Source of the DNA: a virus
IMG/VR virus record: IMGVR_UViG_3300042691_015370
Location: 80,888 to 144,887 of that record
Length of the DNA stretch: 64,000 bases
Direction: 5' to 3' (one strand)
In this document: piece by piece, positions 1-9,418 of the stretch
Layout of the letters: every line of letters begins with the position of its first letter
How positions within the stretch are numbered: position 1 is the first letter of the stretch
Translations under genes and position numbers: made by a program
Notes under the pieces: generated by a model
Database searches by the model: none
What the model was told of the DNA's origin: nothing
What the model saw: the letters and a program-made list of their open reading frames with translations, nothing else

Positions 1-3000
1 GCTTAGCGATAGGAGCAATACTTGACAAGAACTCAACCTGAGAAGCTACGTCAACACCAGACTCTGAAGCTACTGCCGTAAGCTTGTTGCCAATAAGCTC
101 ATTGCTCTCTCCGAAAGAGAGGCCAATCGCAATAGCCTGATCACTCAGAGTCTTGGTCGGCAAGTCTGCGACAACCGCAAGCTTCGCTGCGGCTTCTCGC
201 TGCTCCTTAACCAACTCTTCGCCCGAAATCGACCTATCACCAGCACCCTTAATCGTTTCTCCCAAAAATGCGCCTCTAATAGAGATCTCCATTTTTGCGA
301 TCTCATCAGCGCCGACACCAGTTTCCTTCGAAAGATCAACGATAGCCTGTTTAATGCCATCAATCTTGCCCTTAGCGTCTTCACCAAATGTTTGCGCTAG
401 CTGCGAGTCAAGGCGTGCTAGCGCAAACTTGAGTTCTTCAGCTTCCTTGAGAGCGCCAACAAGACCAGCCCCAACACCAAACAAAAGCATAGAGGGCAAA
501 GCATACTTCATACTTTGAATTGCGCCCTCACCAAACCAACCGCCCAAGCTGTCATCGCCTCGCACAGCTTGGCGGAACGCCGTAAACCGACTTGGCTTAC
601 CATTATTGCCATAAAAACGACCGCCACCGCCGTACCCACCATAGCCGCCATAGCCGCCACCGCCGCCGTATCCACCACCCATTCCGCCACCAGCAGCAGT
701 GACAGGATCTGACAAACGACCAGTTCTTCTAAACTCTTCATCAAGAATTTCTTGATCAGAAAGGTTAAAGCTCTTCTTTAATCTTTCGTACTGAGCGGCA
801 GCTTGAGCTTGTTGTTGAGCAACATCTTCTGGGCTACCAGCACCGGGACTGAACGCCTGACCCAGAGCGCCGTATGCTCTTGTAGCTGCCTTCGCTCTTC
901 TCTCTTGCCACCTAGCAGCACCCTCGTCTGCACTCAGTTCACCTGAAACGACGTCATCCCAAATGTCGGCACTCTTGCCCTCTGGGAACAGTCCTCTGCG
1001 AGCAGCAGCTTTTTGTCTTGGGGTTAAGGCTTCCCAATTACCATCACTCAAGTTACGCGCAGCCTGACGCTGGTCAGCAGCGAACTTGGCCTTACGGGCA
1101 GCAGCGTCAGACTCGGCTTTACGATCAGCATCTGCCGTTTCATTTTCGGCCCGAGCACGACGACGTTGCTCTGCTTTCTCCTGTCGCCGTTTTTCGTTCG
1201 CTTCGGCAGCCGCAGCAATAGCGGCTAGACGATCAGCTTCAGTGGCAGGACCGACAAAAGGAGTGCCACCACCATCAATAACATTAGTACCTGCACCCAG
1301 TGCTCTGCGCTCTGCGAGTCTAGCTCTTCTTGCTTCAATATATGGGTCTACTGGAGGTAGAGCAAGAGGCTGTCGTGGCCCATAAAGCGGAATTGGCACA
1401 CCAGTACCCGGAATGTCGGTACCAATCATTAACTCTCTAGCAGAGAAGCGGCGCTGTTCAGGGGTAACTCCCGGCCCCAAGGCAAGAGGTGTTGCAGATC
1501 TACCGAGTGCCTCAGCAGCGGTTGCAGCAGCATCAGTGCCCACAGCAACTGCATGCATCTCAAGAGCCGCCGTGTCCGCAAGGAGAGCTAGCCTCAGTTC
1601 TGATGCAGTAGCTGTAAGGGAATCTAATTCACTGACAAGAACGGCTCCAGAGACTCCCGTGGCAGTAGTACGAGATCTTGCTACTTCATTAGCTCTTGTG
1701 AAAATAGCGATCTGTTCTGGTGTGGCTTCTCCCGAAGCAACTAGGGGTCGCAATTCAGCAAAGTACTCACTTGGAGATAGCTTTGACTGACTCGTTGGGA
1801 ACAGTGCGTCGGGACCACTTAGTCTGTCACCTCTACCAACAATAATCCCCTGATCTTCAAGGATCTGGCGATAAGCTGGATCTAGACCCAGCATATTCTC
1901 CATACGATGCTGAGCTTCGTGCAGGGCTGTAGCCGGTCCAGCGCCGAGAGTTGCTGCACCAGCAGCACCAACCTCACGACTCGTGCCTCCACTAGCTACC
2001 CAATCGTCAACACCAGCAATCATCTCTGAGTTCATTACCCAGCGACCATCACCCGTCATTGCCCCTAGACGGCCACGGAACTCATCGCTTAGTTCTGAAA
2101 CAACCTCGGTTCTTAGATCACCCAGCAGGTTAGGTGCCCCTGCTTGCATAGAACGCATGTATGCTTCAATACCAGATGCGCTACCCAAAATGTCAGGACG
2201 ACGAGGGGTGCTATAAGCGTCAGAACCGGGACCAAGCTCTGGCGGGCGCTTGCCTTCTTGACTTCTGCGAAGTTCTTCCTCTACCTGCTGACTAATTACC
2301 TCTGCACTTGGCATAAGGCTAACTTGTCTTGGGCTTGGCCCATAAATGGTGCGGTAACCATCATTTCCATAGTAATGAGACAACTTACTGGTGCCCGTCA
2401 GGCCCCAGTTTTGAGACACCGCCTCTGTGTCGTAAAGCGATCCGTAGCTTCCAGACTTAGCATCTAGCCATTCATTATAGGCTCTAATCATCCTTTGTCG
2501 AGTACGAAGCGAGTGATCATATATGTTGTCACGGAACCCTTCAATCCACTGTACATCACCCTCGTCCTCAAGCTGCATTTGAACGAAGTTGATAGCATCA
2601 GAAGATTGGGTTTTACGGTATCTATTGGGACGACTGAATGCTGTCTCACCAGAACCAAGCTCGCCCCTGAAAGGTGGTGGGAAGAGTTCGCTATATGAGA
2701 AGGCTCCCCTGAAGGGTGGTGGCTGTGTTCTGTAGCTTGGCAGTGGCGGAGGAATAGGTCCAGTGTAAGGTGGTAGTCCCCAACCGGGGCCTGAGTATTC
2801 GGGACGAGTAACTCCGGGCAGAGAACCAGTATAAGGAGGCGGTGTTAAAGCTTGCTTATTAGCATCCCATTGAGCTTCAAAGATCTTGTACTGAGCCTCG
2901 TCGTCGGTCAAAATGCCACGACGAATCATGCGCTCAATACTTGCGGCCGCTGTTACACTAGAATCACGAAGCCGCTCCAAAGACTCTCGCAAATTGGCAG

Positions 3001-6000
3001 GTACCTCAAGCCGACCAGCAGCTAGCCTCTGCTTTTCTGTCCATTCGCTACTATCATCAACGTCGGAACCAGCAAACAGCTTGTTCCACATGATGTCTTT
3101 GACACGCTTCTGTTGAGCAATCTGCTCGGCAGTGCCACGACCAACATCGTAACCAATAACCTCTGCACTAGGTACAGGGCTAAAACGAGATACCCGTCTT
3201 GGAGAAGGACCAATAACGTTACCATATAGATCATAAGAAAGACCTATAGTACTACCGCCTAGCCCTTCACGAGCCAATCTTTCTTGAATTGCTCCTTGTC
3301 GCTGACGGCTTCTAGGGAAAGCTTCTGCAATTTCTGCACCCGGCTTATTCTCTGTTAGCATGAAGGGCAATGCAGCGTCTTCTATAGCCTGCATGGCAAG
3401 GAAGTTCATGTAGTCAGAAGACTGCGGCCTATTCGGAGTGCTGAAGATAGTGCGGCCCGTGCCTAGAGCAAGCTGCTCACGCACGAAGGAGTCAGTATCA
3501 AGACCATACAGCCAGTCTTTAAGCTCCCTGTTACGAGGACTCTTGCTCAAAACTTGTCCGAAGATATCACCCTCATTGCGAGAAACAACATCACGAACAT
3601 TCCGAGCAGCCAAGCTTGGACTACCGCCTCTACCCAATTCTGAGTAAAGATCAATGAGAGTAAATCCAGCCCTAGGATCGTACATAAAGTTACTAGCTGA
3701 ACCAGTGTCTGGACTAAGGCCCCGCATTCCAACCGCAATCAGAGATTGCAGCATGGCTCGTACCTGAACGATCTCAGGCACAATACCCTTACCCTGCCCA
3801 AGAGCCATACCGGGCGCTAGGCGAGTAATCGGGTGACCGAGCTTATCGACAGCAGCAAGTTGCTCAACACCCGGAATGCCGATTACTTGCTGTAACCCTC
3901 TAGTACGCTCTAGTAGTCGAGCATCTGCAACTTCTGGGAACTCTCCAGTACCCTCATACAGCATCTCATAAATTGAGGGGTTCTCTGGCAGCGGCTCACG
4001 CCAAACATAAGAAGATTTGCCTGCTTTGAATCCATAGGCAGCAGCCTGTGACCCAATACCAATGGGTGAACCAAGAATCTTGCCACGATAAGCGAGAGCC
4101 AACTCTTTATCAAGAGCGGCGCGTTCTTTCGATCTGGCTAGCTGCGCAGCAAGACGTGACTGAGAGGGATCACTGTATTGAGTTGAGGCACCGGGCAGTG
4201 CAAGACGTTCAGCAACACTGCGAGAAATAAGGGGAGTCGCAAGAGCTTGAGCTTCAACCAAAAGAGCCTGAGCTTCAGGACCATCAAGTCTACGCAGTCG
4301 TTGAGCGAGGTCCAAAGAGGCTTGCGGCACTCCCCTTATTTCTCTAACAGATTGGGCAGCATTTTCTACATTACCAAGAGCTTTTTCGACCAAACCGCGC
4401 TTACTGTATTGACGAGGCAACATATCAAGCTGATAGTCAATAGATGTAAATCCTCTATCGCCCGTAGTGTCGTAGAGAACATTCTTCCAATGACCGTCGC
4501 CATGGATACCCCGCAAACCCAAAGCCGCTTGAGTCCTGAAAAGCGCAAGAATCTCATCCTTAGTGGGGATGTTTCCGAAATACGTTCCCTCGTTTTGTCT
4601 ATCAACTATTTGCTTAATAGTTTGGCCGGGGGCACGACGAGTAATTGGCCTACCATCACTAACGGCAACCAACTGCTCCGCACCCGGAATTCCAATAGCC
4701 GCCTTAAGACTATCTAGTCTAGAATAGATGTTTGGATTTAGCCTTCTGATATCTCTTCTTGCAACATACTCTTGCGAACCCGCAGCAAAACCATAGGCGG
4801 AACTGTTCATACCAGTACCCAACGCCTCTTGGGTTAAGTTTCCACCTCTCAATATTTCATTTAGTGCCAAGCGATCAGACGAACGTTGCAGTTGTGTTAT
4901 GAGACGAGCATTAGAAGGAGTACTGTAAGCGTCACGCGGCATGCCAATAGCGAGGCGCTCATCTCTGGCCCAACGTTTTTCAAGATTGAGTTCACGAGAA
5001 CCCATTGCCATAGCTTGCTTATGAAGCTTATTGAAGTCCAGTGCCATACCACCAAACTGTTGGCGTAGCGGCTCATACGCTTGAGTGAACCAAGCACGGG
5101 TAAAATCATTGGACATCTGCGGGAAGGCAAGCTCAGTGGCTGCGACTTCGGCCGTCAATTCATATGGAGTTGCTCTAGAGTAGTTGCTTGGTACAAATCC
5201 TGTACCACCAACAAGACTTCTTCTAGACTGATCTTCAAACGGTGCGCCGGTCCATCTACCGCCAATGTCCGCAATTAACTGTTTACGGTTTTGTGGCACG
5301 GGCAGGAAATGTCCAGCCTCATGAGCAAACAAGGTGCCAAACAAACCTCTACCAACAAGTGCGTTTTCATTATTAACACTCTTGGGCTGTAAACCGCCGA
5401 AAAGACGACTACGAACACCCATAAATCTAGGAGCAAACCCAGACTCACCGAGCATCCTGCCATACTGCCTTTCCCAAGGACTATTAGCATCGGAAGCTAC
5501 CCTAACGCCCAAGGCACCGAACTTTGCTACACCAGAACCAAAGCGGCTATCATAGTCAGCCATCATGGAAGCCAAAACAGGCATTGGAGCATTGGCAAAT
5601 GGCCGTCTTAGCTGCGTAAGGTCAGTGCCCTTCTTGAGGATATCGGTATTAAAAGTACCATTGAATACGCTATTAAGCGCATCAAGACTTGTTTGGTTAA
5701 TACTTCGAGATACACGCGTTCTACGGGGACCGACATCATCAAACGATGGGAAGGGCTGGATAGGGGCGAACCGGCTCGTTTGAGAAAAGGCTTGAGGGTA
5801 CAAGAACTTAGCGGCAGAAACCGCTTCACGCTCACTGCTAAAGTTTGGAATAATCTTCGCAGCTTCACCGAGTGGATTAAAATTACCTGCACTAGAGAGC
5901 ATTGCATCAACAAGTGCTGGCGCATTTCTAAGAGACTTAGCCCTAGCACGAGATGCCATAAACTGCGTCGGTCCATGCCATTGCTCAATAGATGGATCAA

Positions 6001-8110
6001 CAAGAGCTTCTAGTTTGGGTAGAATCTCTCGGTACTCACGAGTCCGCTGTAGCTGTTGCTCAAGACGTTGCGAGATTGTGCCCGATCGTGGCGTCGAATA
6101 AGCGGTCTGCCCCGCACCAAGCGCTGGGATGCCAAGGTCAGCCAAAGGATCATTTGAACGAGCTTGAAGAGCTAGACGAGCACCCTTGCTAATAAGTCCA
6201 GCGTCACCAAGCTTGGTAATGTCAGCTTCCCAGATACGGCCAGAGTAGAACTTATCACCAGAGAGTCTACCGTCTAGCAATCTACCGGGCTGCACCATAC
6301 GTGCAACACCGGCGTTTGCAAATCTCTCCCATAGCGCATTAGCCTGCAATGACACAACATTATCAGACCTTGCCGTAGTAACGCCAAGCCCTGACATCAG
6401 CCTTAGCATACTATCAATGTACATCCCAGAGCCAAGACCACGACCCCGAGCGCTCGCATCAAGTGAACTTAATGCAACACTAGCAGTTGATGGTTGCCGT
6501 ACATTTGGAACATTCCAGTCAATAAAGCCACGGGCAGAATCACCGGGCTGTCCAAAGTTGTAGTTAAAGGATAGTGGAACGGTAGAATTCTGTAGCGGTG
6601 AACTATAAGCATTTCTGCCGGGAGTCAATTGACGGGACTGTCGTGCAACGTTCTGTAGAGCATTCTCCTGCTGCCAACGATTGAAAGCAATGTCGGCAGG
6701 AGTTATAACCTGACCAGAGCCAGTTGTTACTACCTGTGGTCCACCGATACGTTCACCAAACGTTCTTTGAGACAGTGAAGTGGAGGGAACATACTGAGGC
6801 AAAGCAAATGTCTGCCGATACGGCAAAGCCCCAGCTTGAGATGCTGGGGCTAGCGAAGCAGAACCGGTTGGTAGACCAGAAACCGCTGCCGCCTTGCGCT
6901 CCAGAGCATCGATCAGACCCTGCTCTGCTGCGGCGAAACGACCGTAGCTACCAGTCAGAACAGAGGTTTGTCGATCTAGGGCACGGGACTTGCTCTGAAG
7001 GGCACGAATCAGTACCTGTTCCTCAAGAGCAAGTTGACTGCCAGTATTTCCATAACCCGGCTTTGCTGGCTCAGTGGCGGGGGCTGTCGGAACCGCCCTA
7101 AGTACAGGCTGGACAGGAATAGCAATAGCAAGCTGAGCAGACTGACGCTCTTCTCTGCGACGATCTACGAGCGCCTGAGGTGCCACTGGAGCGGGGATCG
7201 CCACCATGGCGGGTTGCTGCACAGAGGTCGCAATAGGACGTGGCAGAGCGGGCTGTGAAGCCTGTACTGATGGGGTGGGAAGTTGACGTGGCCCGCCGAC
7301 AGCAACGGCCAGAACCTGATTATAGGCACGAGCAACTCTATCCCTCGTACTCTGGGCAGCAAACCTGTTGGCCGCAACAATCTCTTTCTGAGAACGAATG
7401 ACCTGATTCTGGAATGCATTGGTCTGCTCCAGCAGAGCCGTGTACTGACGTGCCTGTGCAGTCTGTCCACGGAGAATGCTTTCAAGATCCTTGTTGTACC
7501 GATCAGTGATAGCTGAACTGGTCAGTACCGGAGCGGCAGCGGCGACGTTTCTCGTCACCGACGAAGTTGTAGACGCTATGGCAATAAGGCTGGCTTCTCT
7601 GTCGAGCCGCTGATTGAAGACCTTGGAGATATCCTCAATACGAATGTTGTCCAGTACGGCAAAAAGTTGCTGTGACTTCTGAGTGAAAGCTGAAGAGAAG
7701 ACTCGTTCAATTTCTGCCTGTTGCTGTGGGGCAAAGAAGTTGAAGCCACGAATCTGTTGTTTCAGCTTGTCAAAGTAGAGATCACCGAACCTGTTCAGAT
7801 CCTGAATCTGGCGACCGATGACACGAGATGATGCAGCAAGCTGAGCCTGCATAAGCGCAGCAACACGGCCCTGTGCGGCCATGAGTTCACGCATCTCACC
7901 TCGTGAGGTGGCAATCGCAGATGTCGCAATAGTATTAGGTGATCCTAGTGCTGCAAGAGTTGTGGGGGGAGCGAGTTCCCCGGCAACACCACCAGCACCC
8001 CCTAGGGCACCGGCCTCAAGCGCACGCAACGAGTTGGCAGTCTCACGAACGCCTCTCTGAATGCCAGAGGTATCAAGATCTACACTAATAAGCCAGCGAT
8101 CTTCTGCCAT
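1..8110 (-). CDS. Tape measure protein with large N-terminal multi-enzyme cargo (runs off left edge; >2,700 aa)
   Basis: ATG at 8110 (MAEDRWLISVDLDTSGIQRGVRE) directly follows the tail chaperone genes. No track ORF occupies this frame, consistent with one open frame leaving the window. Below ~500 the translation is typical TMP core (LKEAEELKFALARLDSQL...AIVDLSKETGVGADEIA). Confidence 0.9.
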   Translation of the reverse strand, partial: MAEDRWLISVDLDTSGIQRGVRETANSLRALEAGALGGAGGVAGELAPPTTLAALGSPNTIATSAIATSRGEMRELMAAQGRVAALMQAQLAASSRVIGRQIQDLNRFGDLYFDKLKQQIRGFNFFAPQQQAEIERVFSSAFTQKSQQLFAVLDNIRIEDISKVFNQRLDREASLIAIASTTSSVTRNVAAAAPVLTSSAITDRYNKDLESILRGQTAQARQYTALLEQTNAFQNQVIRSQKEIVAANRFAAQSTRDRVARAYNQVLAVAVGGPRQLPTPSVQASQPALPRPIATSVQQPAMVAIPAPVAPQALVDRRREERQSAQLAIAIPVQPVLRAVPTAPATEPAKPGYGNTGSQLALEEQVLIRALQSKSRALDRQTSVLTGSYGRFAAAEQGLIDALERKAAAVSGLPTGSASLAPASQAGALPYRQTFALPQYVPSTSLSQRTFGERIGGPQVVTTGSGQVITPADIAFNRWQQENALQNVARQSRQLTPGRNAYSSPLQNSTVPLSFNYNFGQPGDSARGFIDWNVPNVRQPSTASVALSSLDASARGRGLGSGMYIDSMLRLMSGLGVTTARSDNVVSLQANALWERFANAGVARMVQPGRLLDGRLSGDKFYSGRIWEADITKLGDAGLISKGARLALQARSNDPLADLGIPALGAGQTAYSTPRSGTISQRLEQQLQRTREYREILPKLEALVDPSIEQWHGPTQFMASRARAKSLRNAPALVDAMLSSAGNFNPLGEAAKIIPNFSSEREAVSAAKFLYPQAFSQTSRFAPIQPFPSFDDVGPRRTRVSRSINQTSLDALNSVFNGTFNTDILKKGTDLTQLRRPFANAPMPVLASMMADYDSRFGSGVAKFGALGVRVASDANSPWERQYGRMLGESGFAPRFMGVRSRLFGGLQPKSVNNENALVGRGLFGTLFAHEAGHFLPVPQNRKQLIADIGGRWTGAPFEDQSRRSLVGGTGFVPSNYSRATPYELTAEVAATELAFPQMSNDFTRAWFTQAYEPLRQQFGGMALDFNKLHKQAMAMGSRELNLEKRWARDERLAIGMPRDAYSTPSNARLITQLQRSSDRLALNEILRGGNLTQEALGTGMNSSAYGFAAGSQEYVARRDIRRLNPNIYSRLDSLKAAIGIPGAEQLVAVSDGRPITRRAPGQTIKQIVDRQNEGTYFGNIPTKDEILALFRTQAALGLRGIHGDGHWKNVLYDTTGDRGFTSIDYQLDMLPRQYSKRGLVEKALGNVENAAQSVREIRGVPQASLDLAQRLRRLDGPEAQALLVEAQALATPLISRSVAERLALPGASTQYSDPSQSRLAAQLARSKERAALDKELALAYRGKILGSPIGIGSQAAAYGFKAGKSSYVWREPLPENPSIYEMLYEGTGEFPEVADARLLERTRGLQQVIGIPGVEQLAAVDKLGHPITRLAPGMALGQGKGIVPEIVQVRAMLQSLIAVGMRGLSPDTGSASNFMYDPRAGFTLIDLYSELGRGGSPSLAARNVRDVVSRNEGDIFGQVLSKSPRNRELKDWLYGLDTDSFVREQLALGTGRTIFSTPNRPQSSDYMNFLAMQAIEDAALPFMLTENKPGAEIAEAFPRSRQRQGAIQERLAREGLGGSTIGLSYDLYGNVIGPSPRRVSRFSPVPSAEVIGYDVGRGTAEQIAQQKRVKDIMWNKLFAGSDVDDSSEWTEKQRLAAGRLEVPANLRESLERLRDSSVTAAASIERMIRRGILTDDEAQYKIFEAQWDANKQALTPPPYTGSLPGVTRPEYSGPGWGLPPYTGPIPPPLPSYRTQPPPFRGAFSYSELFPPPFRGELGSGETAFSRPNRYRKTQSSDAINFVQMQLEDEGDVQWIEGFRDNIYDHSLRTRQRMIRAYNEWLDAKSGSYGSLYDTEAVSQNWGLTGTSKLSHYYGNDGYRTIYGPSPRQVSLMPSAEVISQQVEEELRRSQEGKRPPELGPGSDAYSTPRRPDILGSASGIEAYMRSMQAGAPNLLGDLRTEVVSELSDEFRGRLGAMTGDGRWVMNSEMIAGVDDWVASGGTSREVGAAGAATLGAGPATALHEAQHRMENMLGLDPAYRQILEDQGIIVGRGDRLSGPDALFPTSQSKLSPSEYFAELRPLVASGEATPEQIAIFTRANEVARSRTTATGVSGAVLVSELDSLTATASELRLALLADTAALEMHAVAVGTDAAATAAEALGRSATPLALGPGVTPEQRRFSARELMIGTDIPGTGVPIPLYGPRQPLALPPVDPYIEARRARLAERRALGAGTNVIDGGGTPFVGPATEADRLAAIAAAAEANEKRRQEKAEQRRRARAENETADADRKAESDAAARKAKFAADQRQAARNLSDGNWEALTPRQKAAARRGLFPEGKSADIWDDVVSGELSADEGAARWQERRAKAATRAYGALGQAFSPGAGSPEDVAQQQAQAAAQYERLKKSFNLSDQEILDEEFRRTGRLSDPVTAAGGGMGGGYGGGGGYGGYGGYGGGGRFYGNNGKPSRFTAFRQAVRGDDSLGGWFGEGAIQSMKYALPSMLLFGVGAGLVGALKEAEELKFALARLDSQLAQTFGEDAKGKIDGIKQAIVDLSKETGVGADEIAKMEISIRGAFLGETIKGAGDRSISGEELVKEQREAAAKLAVVADLPTKTLSDQAIAIGLSFGESNELIGNKLTAVASESGVDVASQVEFLSSIAPIAK

Positions 8111-8159
8111 ATTTCCTCGCTCTTAACGCACCTGCACTCTAAACCTTAACGGCTAGAGC

Positions 8160-8504
8160 TTACTTAAATCTAGCAGCATATGCATTTTCTTCCCAGTCGG
8201 CAGGATCTGACGAAGACTGAGAACTGCTGCCACTAGAGTACTTCTCTTCCCTCTTCTGTTTCATGATCTTGAAATGTGTATCAAGCTCATGGTCGAGATG
8301 CCACTTCCAATGTTCCGGCATCTCATCCTCAGCCAAATTCTCTTGCCACGACAAGATTCTCAAAGCATGATCAATAGTCAGCATAAGGTCCGCTGGGACG
8401 CTCTCAACATTGAATCCCTGTGGAAACAGGGTTTGAACGCCACCAGCGGCCTTAGCTACCGAGACAAGTTTTAGAAACTGAGGATCTCCGCTCAGTCTTT
8501 TCCC
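8160..8504 (-). CDS. Tail assembly chaperone, -1 frameshift extension (gpT-like part of G-T fusion)
   Basis: The -1 frame from the GGGAAAA site (KRLSGDPQFLKLVSVAK...) is open into the 8160..8384 ORF (MLTIDHAL...). Confidence 0.85.
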   Translation of the reverse strand, partial: GKRLSGDPQFLKLVSVAKAAGGVQTLFPQGFNVESVPADLMLTIDHALRILSWQENLAEDEMPEHWKWHLDHELDTHFKIMKQKREEKYSSGSSSQSSSDPADWEENAYAARFK

Positions 8505-9280
8505 TCTACTGGATCAGCAGTCATCTCGTTGTACTCGGTCAACAGACGATTCAGAACCTTGGCATCAAGTGCGTCAACTTCGCTGCGATCAAGGAAATAC
8601 TGCTCTTTATGATTCTCTGGATCACGTACAGCATAGAAAACCTGCCAGCGAGAGAACTCATTGACCCAAGCAAAGTCAGCCTCAGCGTCAATAGCGCGCT
8701 CAAGAGTCTTGGCGCTCAGTTCGTCATCGGAGAAATGCGTGAACTCAAGACGAATGTTTTCCTTGTCCTCTTCAGTTGCCTCGTTCACCTGATCAGTGAA
8801 CTTCACAAGCTCGTTGTAGACCCGAACTGCCTCTTCGTCCTCTGGGTCAGTGGCGTACTTGTCGTTTAGCCCCTCGTTCCAAGCGGTCTGGAGAGACTTG
8901 AGATAGTCGTTGTCAGACCAAGCAGGCTCATCAGCAAGGCGAGCCTCATTGGAGGCATAAGCTTCCTGAACCTTGGGTGCCATCAGGAACTCAATCATAG
9001 AGTCACGATCCTTGACACCAAGATCTTCTAGCTGCTCACGGAACACAGCTACCTGACGAGGGTCCGATTCAGGATTCTGCTTGAGGGCAAGAAGCTTAGC
9101 CCTAGCACCGGTAGCAGAGTCAGCGGCGTCACGCTGCTGAATGGGCGACAGCTTTGAAAGCCAAACAACAATAGGCTCATCAGTGCCGTCATCAAACGTA
9201 AGTTCCTTGCCGACTACATAGAGATCCGTCAACCGACGACGGGTAGGGGCAATAACTTCCTTAGTGGTGGTCTTAGCCAT
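8492..9280 (-). CDS. Tail assembly chaperone (gpG-like)
   Basis: Lies between major tail and TMP genes. Likely start MAKTTT at 9280 with an AGGAG RBS. Ends at the slippery site. Confidence 0.8.
   Translation of the reverse strand: MAKTTTKEVIAPTRRRLTDLYVVGKELTFDDGTDEPIVVWLSKLSPIQQRDAADSATGARAKLLALKQNPESDPRQVAVFREQLEDLGVKDRDSMIEFLMAPKVQEAYASNEARLADEPAWSDNDYLKSLQTAWNEGLNDKYATDPEDEEAVRVYNELVKFTDQVNEATEEDKENIRLEFTHFSDDELSAKTLERAIDAEADFAWVNEFSRWQVFYAVRDPENHKEQYFLDRSEVDALDAKVLNRLLTEYNEMTADPVEGKD
8498..8504 (-). other. Programmed -1 ribosomal frameshift slippery site G GGA AAA
   Basis: Minus strand reads GAG GGA AAA GAC TGA at the end of the chaperone gene, a canonical XXXYYYZ site between major tail and TMP genes. 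Confidence 0.85.
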
Positions 9281-9366
9281 ATAAACTCCTATATCCAATA
9301 CCGTATCATCACGGTAACATACCAAACGACCTGAAAAAGTTAACGGAGCAAGTCCCACACAAATTG

Positions 9367-9391
9367 AAAAGGCGGGGCATGTAGCCCCGCC
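9367..9391 (-). terminator. Rho-independent terminator after major tail gene
   Basis: GGCGGGGC-TACAT-GCCCCGCC followed by TTTT on the minus strand. Confidence 0.75.
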
Positions 9392-9418
9392 AATCCAACA
9401 ACAAATTGTCAGTTACGA

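Noticed and set aside
145-7516. Numerous short track ORFs on both strands
   Set aside because: These are shadows of the single long minus-strand tape-measure frame.
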